Of a DNA stretch of 64,000 nucleotides, positions 52,601 through 64,000 are shown one piece after another (the stretch's first letter is position 1; every line of letters begins with the position of its first letter). This DNA is from Antedon mediterranea. Taxonomy: Eukaryota; Animalia; Echinodermata. The stretch is from positions 15,261,045 through 15,325,044 of the forward strand of contig NC_092680.1 in the NCBI RefSeq assembly GCF_964355755.1. Reading direction: 5' to 3'. Position numbers and translations under genes: made by a program. Under the pieces are notes generated by a model. That model had not been told where the DNA came from and did not search any database. It saw only the letters and a list, made by a program, of their open reading frames with translations.

Positions 52601-55600
52601 TGTCACATTATTAGAATTCTGTTCTCATCATCTTTTCATTAGTTATCTTTTTCACCATTGTCCCGCCTTACTTTATCTAAGGCGCAACGCAAGCACGCAC
52701 GCAAACGCAAATAATTATGACAAATAGATCAACCAAACATCTCTCTCGCGATTGATCCAAAGCGTTACCCATCTCTGTTGAATGACTGTATATTCCTCTT
52801 TTATAATGGTCGCTTAATTTCATTAACGACTAGAAAGCTATAGAAAGCTTACAATAGTGTTCTACATCGTAAACGGTTTTTTTTTCTGTTTTATTTACTC
52901 TCGACTAAAAGATAGACAAAAATAAATAAAATGTGACTTTTGTTTATTTATCGTATAGGCCATGAAACTTGGTGTGATGAGTAGCGGTTATCATTGGGTT
53001 CTTGCAAATATTGTAAGTATTCTATATTCAAGAAAACATTGAAATTAAATGAAACACAGTTATTATGCTTTCATCTTTTTTTGGCAGGGCGTCTTCATCG
53101 ATCGTACTTTTCTGGAGCGAATCAGCTTAAATCAGGTCTATCTGACCCGGTTTACACTTAACTATACCCAAGAGTTGAACTATGCAGTGCCAACGACCAT
53201 TAACGTTCCTCTTCGAGATTGGCCTTTCAGAGAGCGGTTAGCATTTGATTCCGTTATTGCCATCGGTCATGGCGTCAGACGCTACAGAGAGCGAGTAATG
53301 CAGCAAGATCCTGGACTCCCAGAATTCACTATTCTTCCTGGTAATACTATCATGCGGGAGTGCCCTTCAGATAGATCAACTCCACCAGAAAGTCCTTTAT
53401 CTAATGATCTCCAGTACTATAACTTTGAAGGTCTTTCTGGAAACGTTGCTTTCGGTGAAAATGGTAATCGTGTCAATTACTCAATTATGGTTGTCAGTGG
53501 TCAAGGAGAGACAATCGAACAAATTGTAAGAATTTCTTTTTTCATAAAACTTCCTGTAGTCGTGGTTGAACGTACAATAGGAAATCTAAGTTTTTAATAC
53601 TGTAGCTAATACACAAAATATATATGTAGATTATTCCACTTACCCTATTGTTTTACTTTATTTACTCTTAGAGAGGTGAATGGGCTCAGAATATAGAATT
53701 TTGGGAAGACCGATGGAAAAGCCAATGGAGAAGTAATACTAGAATGAGTGTGGATGCCTACAGACAGGCATCTGAGAGAATCCTTAAGATCGTATCAATC
53801 GAGGTACTGTTAAGCCTATTCACAGGAGAATTTGTTGACGCGAATCGAAAGCTGAAGCTTATTCGCATGCGTATTCATGTTTCCATCTTTCAATTCCCTA
53901 TCTACGCATGCGTATAAGGCTTTCGATTCGCGCGAACAAATTCGTCTAGTTGAGAATCGACTTAACACACGTCAATATTATTTTATTAAGACAATTATTA
54001 TTTTGTTTGCTACTGATTATCGAACTGATGTGAATATGTATTTCTATTTAAATATAGCAACCTCCATTTCTTCGACTCACCCAGTATGACACAGATGATG
54101 ACGACAGACCCGTTATTATCGATAATCCTGATCGAAACCGAAACCCAATTGGTAATGAGCGTTTCGAGGGTTATATTATGGATCTTCTGAAAGAAATACA
54201 AAACGTCATTCCTGCTGATAAGTTTGAATATGAAGTAGACTTGGTATCGGACAACAAGTATGGTTCAAGAAATCTCTTTAGTAATGAATGGACTGGAATG
54301 ATTGGCGAAATTATTAGAGGGGTATGTACACATTTGCTTACTGTACTTTTAATAATAATAGTAATGGTAGTGCCTAATACAATGTTTCTAAGCGCTTTAC
54401 AAACACAATTATTCATAAAATATCATTAGATGAAAAATGAAGAAGAAGCAGAGGAACCATTTACACTGCTCCGTTATCCAGCACTTTTAAGTTCCCATGA
54501 GAGCTCGCAGGAACAGAATTCATAGGAGCTCGAGTTGTACGTGTATACTGTAATAGCATGCGCCTAATTGTGAGTAAGTCTTCTGAAAAATGTTCCTTTT
54601 TTTTATTATAGAGAGCTGATATCGCAGCAGGACCATTGACAATTACAGAGGATCGTGACAGCTTTGTAGACTTCTCTATTCCTTTTATGCGTAGTGGGAT
54701 ACAGGTTCTTATCAAACATCCAAGTTTCGTACATGAATACCCATTCAGCATGATGTATCCATTTGGTGTGGAAGTTTGGTTCCTCAATGCGTTTGCAATG
54801 GCGATGTTCACCCTTATTTTATATTGTGTTAATAAAATGAATCCATCAGAATGGAGAGCACTAGCTGAAAATGGTGACGTCTATGAAGAAAATGCTGATA
54901 ATTTTAACTTACGCAATTCTTCGTGGTTCTCTATGTCTACTATGTTCCTGCAAAGTTATGACGCTTCACCGAGATCACACGCAGGACGTGTCCTCACTGG
55001 TTTCTGGTGGGTCTTCTGTCTCATTATGGTTTTCCTGTACGGGTTGAATCTAAGTCCGTATATGACGGCAGCAAAGAAGGCCGCGTTTATCAGAACTGCT
55101 AAAGATCTTCTTGAACAGATCCAGGTTAACTATGGCTGCGTCAAAGAAGGTTCGACGTATGATTTCTTCAAAAACTCCACGGATCCAGATTACCAACGAG
55201 TTTGGGGATACATTTCTACAGCATATCCAGATCCACTGGTTGACTTTGTCAGTGATGGTGTCCGTCGTGTAAGGGAGAGCAACGGAGATTACGCGTTCCT
55301 TGCTGAATCTGCAATACTGAAGTACGAAGCTTATCGTAAACCATGTGATCTTCTGATTACTGATGGCTTTATCACCAGAAGCATGTATGGCTTCGCAGTT
55401 CAAGCTGGATCACCACTTCGCGATCAGTTATCCTACGCAATTGAGAAGCTCTACGAAGATGGAACAATGGATAAATTAGAACAGCGATGGTTTGATTATA
55501 ACTCTGATTGTGAAAGGGAGACGTTATGGGAGAGACAAGGTCTTTATTCGTTAACAGCTGTAGATCTACAAGGCGTGTACTACTTGATGTTGATTGGTGT

Positions 55601-55754
55601 TGGGTGTGCTTTAATGGTTTATTTTATTGAATTGTTGGCATTCATGTTGATGCCACCATCTTCAACTAGACGTGGTAAACAGGTGAGTGACGTCAGAAGT
55701 AAAAACGTAACCCAATCTGAACCGATTTTAAAACCTCAAGCAAAATGGCTTTAA
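49676..55754 (+). CDS. Divergent non-NMDA ionotropic glutamate receptor subunit (AMPA/kainate/delta/phi-type architecture), paralogue A, 9 exons, about 905 aa
   Basis: Exons 49676-49757, 51535-51702, 51984-52241, 52404-52582, 52959-53012, 53088-53525, 53672-53803, 54058-54321 and 54612-55754 (2718 nt, phases consistent). Signal peptide, ATD (YFKWRDFIVIYD, FEGLSGNVAF), S1 (ERFEGYIMDLL, WTGMIGE, ADIAAGPLTITEDR, VDFSIPFM), M1-M3, S2 (GSTYDFF, YAFLAES, KPCDL, GSPLRD) and M4 (LQGVYYLMLIG). Confidence 0.93.
51090..51401. mobile_element. Kolobok-like element (family C)
   Basis: TTAA flanks. TIR agatgtattgtccccc / gggggacaaaacatct. Confidence 0.85.
53812..53965. mobile_element. Palindromic MITE 8 bp downstream of an iGluR donor site
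   Basis: gaatttgttgacgcgaatcgaaagc..cttattcgcatgcgta / tacgcatgcgtataaggctttcgattcgcgcgaacaaattc form a long hairpin. Confidence 0.65.
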
Positions 55755-56463
55755 AATATGAATTTTGGGTTTATCAATACCGTAAACTATAATCAAGTAA
55801 ATTCATGCTGATTATTATTATTTAATTCATATTCAAACATACAGTTAGTTTTATAGTTATTTGGCTTTCATATACCGTACCTCATTTATATATTGCATTT
55901 CATTTTAGTTGTTACTAATAATTTAACCTCTTTTGCTTGATATTATATTTGTTGGTTCATTAATTATTCATCAATCCATTCATTCTAATAATATTTATTC
56001 TTAATGAGTTTGAATAATTACTTTCTCTCTAACTACCTCATTTATGAAAATTCAATTCGTTAAATTCATGTGAAATGTTAAAAATTGCTCGGAAATCGAT
56101 GTAAATGTTTTTTTCTTAGGTGAATTCCGTTGATAGAAATGTGTCTCGCAAACTTTTCGATGACTTCACCGATACTCATGTAGATCAGTTACGAATTGCT
56201 AACCCTCATGTTTCATCGCAAACACGAAAACAGCTCTCATAATTGAACTCATATTTGTACTACCGTCATTTTTCTTTATCTCTCTAGAATTTCTAAAAGC
56301 TTATCACTCATCTGTTCATCATCTAATGGATATCATATCATCATCATTGAATGTTTTCATCATGTGTATTTTACTTTTCATCATTCTGCTTCTCTGGGTG
56401 TGATTTAAAATGCAGCTTAAATTTTACCAGGTGCTGTGGTTATTTCCCATTTAACTGTTTCAG

Positions 56464-56544
56464 ACTTCAAGAGAGAGATTTCCAGCAGACAAGAATGAGT
56501 ACTACTTATATGGATCATCAGACGACGGTCAAACGTACGCCTAA
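56464..56544 (+). CDS. Candidate alternative terminal exon of iGluR paralogue A (TSRERFPADKNEYYLYGSSDDGQTYA*)
   Basis: Acceptor actgtttcag at 56463. Phase 0 matches the internal donor CAG|GTGAGT at 55682/3. No transcript evidence. Confidence 0.4.
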   Translation, partial: TSRERFPADKNEYYLYGSSDDGQTYA

Positions 56545-56594
56545 ACGTACGCCTAAACGTACGCCTAAACGTATGCCTAAACGTACGCCTAAAC
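56531..56594. repeat. 12-bp tandem repeat (aaacgtacgcct) x5
   Basis: Units at 56531, 56543, 56555, 56567 (one C>T) and 56579. Confidence 0.95.
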
Positions 56595-58302
56595 CATCCG
56601 TATCCAGACATTCCAGCCTTTAATCCGCTTTAAAACCAAAGATCCACCCAATAAAGTGCCAAACATCAGTTATTAGTACTCCTAGCTCATTGACCTAAAT
56701 TGCTTTAATAATGAATGGTTCATTTTAATTTACTATTAAATCATACTGGTTTAACTAATGACATTATATATAATGATGACTCATGCATGAATAACATTGT
56801 TGTGTGCCTAATTGCATGGTTTATTACTACTATAGGTGTCCCCTAAACAGAGATCACCTCGGGGTTAATAAAGTTTGAGAGTTCAACAAAAATAATTTCA
56901 ACTTGTATGCCTAGATTGTACACAAGGTGTAAATACATTGTTTAATCGCAGTAGGTTTAAATTTAAATGTCCCCCTCCCGTGATTCTCTTCTACGTATAA
57001 AACAAACAAACATGTAATAAATGTTATAGATTATATAGTTACTATGCACTAGATGTATATTTTAGTAATAAATAGTTTTATTGTGTGTTTCAAGTAATTT
57101 TAAGATCGTTGACAAAAAATCTAGATTCGCCATTTTACCCACAAACCATCAGATTGGGTTCATAATGCGATCTACTAGAGGCCTTCTAATACAACAGATG
57201 CCCAACAATAGGTTGGTTAGGCCTAGGCCTATCTTTAAAAATGTATCTCAAATAGACCTTGAAATAATGGTTTTATATGTTACACACAGTCTAACTGTTG
57301 TAGGCCTAGATAGTTAAAATGGTCAATATTTAACAATTACAGACCTACAATTTTGTACGGTCTGCTGTTGTAAATTTTAATCATATTTCTTAATAAATAC
57401 TTTTGTAATATAAATATGATTGTCTGTTTCCTTTGTACAAACTACACGCTAACATCTCGAAGAATTCATGACCGTTGAATCTCGATATTTGCTCTATTTT
57501 TAACGGGAAAACAAAACTATATCTCTACCGTATATTTGCTGAATTCATACACTTTTATAGGCCAACAAGTCTTGCGTTATTATTAATCTTGTTGGAGAAA
57601 TATATCCCATGAAGTCGAGTAGCAGTTACCATAGCTAACACAAAGAAATCCATATCTTTAAATCTGATAAAAAAGAAAATAGAAAGGTTAAAAAAAGATG
57701 TAAAATAAAATTAGTTTTTGCCGATTCATATTTATATATAGGGCTATTAATTCACACAATACAAAATAAATGTACAGCATTATTAAAGGAAAATTGTGAA
57801 TTAAACATTATTCTGTCTGGGAGAATACAAACAAGCCACGTTTGCTAGGTTTTAATCCGCCAAAAACAAAAACCATAAAAGGAATTTTTGAAGCGCGTGT
57901 TTCTTTCGTCAAAGTTAATTTTGGTCGTTCAGTAATTACTAATTGTGAAAGCGTTTCTCATTTTTCATTCCGTGCAGGCCTACTGATGGGTTGTGACGGA
58001 CAGCAAAGTAAACTCTACAACAGACAACAGAAAGGAGAGAGACAATACATCATTAAAAAAAATGAATGGTTTTGATTACGAATTGATATAATTTCCTGCC
58101 ATCTATGTATAGGCTTTATTATTCATTTATTTATTTAAAAACTTATTTTATAAAGGATAAAAAACATACAGGTACATATGGTGCCGTTTTTTGTAGAGCA
58201 ATTGATTAAAAAACATTGATAAAAAGACAAGAAGATTAATAAAACTGAAAAAAAACCCACAATACAGAGGGATATTTAGCCTACAGTGTTTTAAAAAAGG
58301 AG

Positions 58303-58305
<3 letters not shown>

Positions 58306-58366
<61 letters not shown>
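58306..58366. repeat. (AT)n microsatellite, about 30 units
   Basis: Uninterrupted AT run. Confidence 0.97.
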
Positions 58367-58367
<1 letters not shown>

Positions 58368-60336
58368 TGTACATTGTTAAACAAATGTCTACAAATAAAA
58401 GTAGTAATAAAATACGGTAGTCTAAAATAGAAAAATCCTAAAAATTAATACAATTTATAAAATAAAGCTGGATTTAATCAAAATGGTGAAATAGCGAGAA
58501 GGATTTACTTTTAAAAGATTTTGTTAATATATAATTTAATTTAAAATTAAAATAAATTGAAAATTGTTAGCCTACATTTATTTTTTTTTACATTTGGCTT
58601 AGTATTAAGTGTTTCAGATTGCCTGTATTATAACCATAATTGGCATTGTATTGATAATTTTTTGCTTAAACCTTAAATTTGAGCTGCAAAAATCGTGAAA
58701 ATATCTGTTCATAAAAATAGCTCACCGAATGCATATACCGCCTAGATCAGCGTGAGCAAATAGACATTACTGAAGTGCCTACAATCAAATATTAACAATA
58801 AAGTGAAGGAGTGATGAGAGAGATCAGTAATGTTGATTCACACGTTTGTAGAATGAAAGTCAACAGGTTAAATACAAAGAGACGCTGGGTGGTGTTTGCA
58901 CAGTATAAGACCCTGTAATATATTTATTTTAAAATGATAACACCATGCAGTAGGCTTAGCATATTAATTAATATTGCCTTATCAAAGTGAAAATCCATCA
59001 TCTACCATTCTTGTAATTTTAAGAGTATTATTCACTTGATGTACGGATCCGACCGGTCATTTTTTTTATGACAATGGTTTTGGTCAGCAACACGTAGCCT
59101 ATTGTATAAATACTTTTCCAGGATTCCTAAATTTCGTCTTGATGAAATCAAAACTTATATGTATAATTTACATAGGCTTTAGTTTCCATAAACGTAAGCC
59201 TACATCAAACATGTGACAGTATTTTTATTGAAGAAAGAATCCTTTCGTTTTGTCCCTGGAACTTGCAATATGATTATAATTGAGGTTAATTACCATCTTT
59301 GAAAAGGTTGGAGCAATACTGTAATAAAATGTAATAATTATATAATGCAATATAATGAACATTACTTACCAGTCCTAGTAGAATAAAATATAAAACAAAG
59401 CAGTGTTAATTGCTCACCTTGGAAGAAAAATCATAAACCGAAGAAACAGACTAAATAAACAATTGTTTACTTTAGCAAAATAAAAACATAAACGACAGAA
59501 AATCTACGGTACTATAAAATTTCAATTTTTAAATAATTATAACAAATTAATATTTGTGAATATGTCATTATGTATTGAACATTATTGTTCGATTTAATGA
59601 CTAGTTGTCTGGCTGTCTTGACTACTGATTTTCATTACAGTAGGCCCGCTTGAAATATCCAGTAGGCCCACTTGAAAAATAATGTTGATATAAATGTACG
59701 GTGGTTTTTGTTTAAACGCTATCACTACAACATCGCCAACGAATAGCAAATATTATTATATTATTATATTAGAAAAAATCCAGATATGAAACAGTTTTGT
59801 TTTATTCGGACTCAATTCCTAACTATTAAAAGAAAAAATTATATTAACAATTATAGGCCTATTATTATTATTATTAAATTGAAAGTAATAATTTCGGTTA
59901 TATTCAATGTATGCTTTAGTCTACAATATAATTTAGTAATGAATGTCTAAGCGATGCACACAGCCATTTTGTGACGCAAATGCCAGTTTTATGAGGTAAA
60001 GTTCAATAAATACGTGCAACATACACACCCCTATGTAAAATATGATGCAGTCCTGACCGTTTTAAATTAATGAATAATTCATAAGCTTCAGTCGTAGAAA
60101 TTTATAGCCGATGTATTCGCGTACATACCGACTGGTGTGAGGGTGTAAAATTGTTTCAAATATCACTGGAAACGTTCACAACCGCCATTTTAACGGCATA
60201 TATACTAACACCGAATTGTTTGGAGCATATTTAAAAGAAGAGTAGTCGTAATATATAACTATCCAGGAGAGGGAGTAAGTAAGAGATATAGACCGATTGC
60301 GGTTGAGGAAGTTGGTGTACAGGAAAAGCTAGAAAG

Positions 60337-63300
60337 ATGAAGCTGTCTCAAACAGCGAAATTCGTTTGGATTTTCTTATTGGTTGAAGTCTACATTCACA
60401 CATCAGAACAAAATATAGTTAATATAGGTAAGTAGACATTTCAAATAATCTGAAATAAATAACTGCCGGATGGTAGTTGTTGATTATAATTTGGCTTACA
60501 CTTTCTTTGAATACATTCGCAGACAATCGGATCGGAATGTTGCCAGGTCACAGGTGGTAAACCCCAAACCCCCAAACTACCTCTCTCTGAAGAATGTTTA
60601 TAAATTATTGGTTTAATATAATATAAAAAAATCTATAAATGAGTATATAATGATATGATAATTATTATCTGGTGTAAAGCCTAACCAAACTATTTAGGAA
60701 ATTCTCAGAACTCTATTATATTCTTTAATATGAAGAAAAATATTCATACTGTTAATAAAATACGCTTTATCTGCTTGTAGGCGAAATTGTTATGTTATGG
60801 TATACAAATTTAGTACTAAAGTTAATTTATATTTTATCACTATAGTGTATAATGTATAAATTTGATGAATTTGAAACACAATTGATCTGCGTCTTTGTAC
60901 AGCATGTTTTGCTTGATATGCTGAGAAAACTTGACCCCAATTTGTTTTCCTATAAATCAAGTCAAGTTGTAAAACAACTGAAGACAATCAATGTGACATG
61001 CTTGTAGAGTTTGTGTAATAAATCATTATAGGCAGTTACATGGTATACTGCCTGTACCCACTGCAGTTCAGCACTTTACAGAGAAGGGATAGAAAGATAG
61101 TACTTCTAAAACTTCTTGAATATTCAGTACCATACTAACTGTAAATAAGTGGGCCCCGCATCCGGCGCAAGTCCCACCAAGTAAAGTATGGAATTTGCCT
61201 ACTATTCACATTCTATAATGATTCTGTATACAATAGTATCGATTGGTATTGTTTATATATATTTTATTTAAGCTCCCACATCCCCCTTACTGGGTGTATG
61301 CGACATTTGTATTGGATTCATTCATTGGTGTGACTGTATTGTCTTTTTTTGAACAATATTTCAGGACAAATTAATCAATAATGAGTTTGACTCATGATCG
61401 ACTTATTATGTTTAATTAGTTTCAGAACATTTTTATTAAAAGTACCATTACTAGTTACAGGGAGACTTTCTGTTTACAGTTTCCACCTCGATTTATGTGC
61501 CCTTTATCGTATTATCGTTTAGATTTATTCTGATGACTAAATTTGTCAAATGGTCCAATTTAAATTTAAACATTATTTATTTATTAGCCAGATATTGTTC
61601 TTATTTTATTATTCATCAGTTCTAGTACTATTCAGTGAACTGTTTTATTTGAGTGGTTTAATTCGATTTAAAACAAATGTATGTGCTATATGTACATATG
61701 ATTTTTTCCCCTAAAATTCATAGGAACAAATGTGGTGAAACGCTTTTTGTTTTTATAAAAATACGTTTGGTTTACTTACAAGTTCCCTTAGATTTTACTG
61801 TCGATAAAATATAAACAATCAAGAAGGTGCCAATTATCCTCTTTAATATATAAAAACATTAAAACAACAGACCATCTATCAAAATAAAACTAGGATATTC
61901 TGCAGTATTTACTATTTCTGGAAATGTTGACAATAATATTTGTGCTTTATGGAAATCATTGATCATGTTACCACTATGCTACGCTGGAGTTCAGTCAACA
62001 ATGGCTGAAGTAAACAAACAACAAAACTACTGACTTTTCTCTTTCTTTTTTACTGTTAACAAGTCAGTAGAATTGTGCTGCTTGATATTATGTAATTGTG
62101 AACCATTATTAACTTTTTGTACCTGTATATATATATTGTAATAACTGTATGAATTTATTTTGTAAACATTTTGTATGGGTCGAACCTCTTGTTACGAGAG
62201 TGTTCCTCCGTTTTAAAGGAGAGTAACCAATAAATATTATTATATTATTAAGAGAGGGCGCTACTACATTTTACACCAGAATATTAAACTACTTATACCT
62301 TCACAAATGAATGCAGTAATAATAGCTACAATATAATGTAATAACTGAAAAGAATAATTTAAATAATTTGCTTATTTACAGGTGTGATATTAGGACACGA
62401 AACGGATGACAATGACTTGTACAAGAATATATTTAAGGACGCTGTAAACATTGTCAACAGGAATTCTACATTCCTTTCTGGCCAGCATCAAATGTTACTC
62501 ATCGACCATGTTTTATATGCCAACTATGTTTATCCAGCATTACAAGCAGGTATGACATCATCCTATTTATTATCACTAACACTCATTTATTTGTCATGAT
62601 ACTTTAATTCTTTGTATTCGTCATTGATATTGTTTATATTTGCATTATTTATACGTGTCAGCCACGTGTCAGTCGCACACCATATTCACATATCTTCACT
62701 TGTCCTCATTCTTTTTTTATTTATCCTAATTTTCCATTTTCTTTCTTTATTCCCCTCTTTCTCTTCTTCGTTCCTCTCTTTCTCTTCTTCGTTCCTCTCT
62801 TTCTCTTCTTCGTTCCTCTCTTTCTCTTCTTCGTTCCTCTCTTTCTCTTCTTCCAATTCATCTTCTTCAGTGTTCATCTTAATTCTCCTCCTCTTTCTGT
62901 TTTCCGTACTCTTTTTATCCTTTCCGCTTCATTTCACACTCTTTATTTCATCCTCTTCCTCTAGCTTTTCATAACAATACCATTCTTTTTTCCCTCTTCC
63001 TCTTTTCTCTCTAATGCTATTCATCTTCTTACTTTTCCTCCCTTTTACCCTCTTCATTTTTCATCCTTATCTTTCTTCTATAATTTCTTATAAATATTGA
63101 AATTACATTTATCAACAGTTTGCAATACCATGGTGCAAACACAGCGAGTGTCGTCACTGATACTGCCAGAAGATATTTGTCCCATGTGTGGCGATGTCGC
63201 AGCTATGGCTAGCCATGCGACAAGTCCAGTGTTCAGTCTAGATCCGGGTAGTTTGAAGTCTGGTTCAGTGGCTTTCAAGATGCACCCTTCTCCAGAGGAT

Positions 63301-63772
63301 ATGAGCGAATTTTTTCTCGACATGCTCGTCTATTTCAACTGGAGAAATTTTATGATTATTTATGACACCGACCAAAGTAAGTTAGATAGATTTAAGATAT
63401 CTAGTTTATACTAGGCATAAATTAAATACACACGGAACTGGCCTTAAGTACAACACTTAAAGTCAGCAAAAATACCAATATGGTATGCGAGCTCTTTCAA
63501 TAATTTCTTTCAGAGTTATTAGATTAGTTAACTGAGCTGAATTCTACAGTTCAGAACGACAACTGTAACTATTATACTTGCAATACTTTTTCACAGTTTA
63601 CGCTAATCTGGAGGACGTCATAAGTGCTGGAAACATTTATAAGTGGAACATAACTCTGCGAAAGTACGATAATAACTTCGATCGTATCGTAGAATTCATC
63701 AAGATTGAGGAAATTCGGAACATATTTCTGTATACGTCGACAGAAAAGACTACCCGGAGAATAATGGAAATG
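60337..63772 (+). CDS. Ionotropic glutamate receptor paralogue B, first 4 exons (3'-partial)
   Basis: Exons 60337-60427 (signal peptide), 62382-62549, 63119-63376 and 63597-63772. Exons 2 and 3 have the same lengths (168, 258 nt) and phases as in paralogue A, with shared CNTMV, PEDICxxC, ASHA, GSLxSGSVAFKMxPSPED, YFxWRxF and VISAGN. Continues past the window end. Confidence 0.9.
62750..62853. repeat. 21-bp polypyrimidine tandem repeat x5 within a pyrimidine-rich intron
   Basis: Unit ttcctctctttctcttcttcg. Confidence 0.9.
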
Positions 63773-64000
63773 GTACGGTAATGTGACTATTATTTAAACA
63801 ATAATCACAATAAACACGGTTGATGTTGTTGTTGCATGGTGTCCTTTAATGTATGTAGTATACAATTTCTTTTAAATGCTAAAGTGGGCGTCTACTGAAT
63901 AAATATCTATGTGCATATAACCTGTAACTACTTGAACACTACCGTCATTCTCGCTTACAATAATAACATTAATTATTATTATGCCAGTTATCGGGTTTGT

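Noticed and set aside
56351-56623. 90-aa ORF with KRTP repeats (resembling CDK sites or a histone tail)
   Set aside because: The repeats come from the 12-bp array read in another frame. The frame matching the iGluR donor stops at 56544.
62612-62974. Hydrophobic or Glu-rich ORFs (SFSSSFL / EEEKERN repeats)
   Set aside because: Products of the 21-bp pyrimidine repeat inside iGluR B intron 2.

Overview
AT-rich (about 30% GC by eye), intron-rich animal genomic DNA. It is probably an invertebrate deuterostome such as an echinoderm; this is inferred from MAP2K5, Deu-type SINEs and divergent iGluRs. By hand-splicing GT-AG exons I recover six genes: SRFBP1 (+, 5'-partial), a complete 20-exon MAP2K5/MEK5 (-), a secreted collagen+C1q gene nested antisense in MAP2K5 intron 10, a LAS2/C18orf54-like gene (+) head-to-head with MAP2K5, and two tandem ionotropic glutamate receptor paralogues (the second runs off the window). 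Introns carry many non-autonomous DNA transposons (Kolobok-, Harbinger- and pogo-like), a decayed Sola2-like element, tRNA-derived SINEs and Penelope-like fragments. Four observations stand out. (1) The complete iGluR keeps the glutamate-binding residues, but its M3 gate reads LYGLNLSPY instead of SYTANLAAF, with Pro at the lurcher site, and its pore loop is altered. (2) A 19-copy 60-bp array is built from the last codons and stop of MAP2K5. (3) The iGluR has candidate alternative C-terminal exons, one again ending in a stop-anchored repeat. (4) Degenerate hammerhead-ribozyme-like motifs occur in a dispersed repeat. All family assignments come from recalled motifs; no searches were run.
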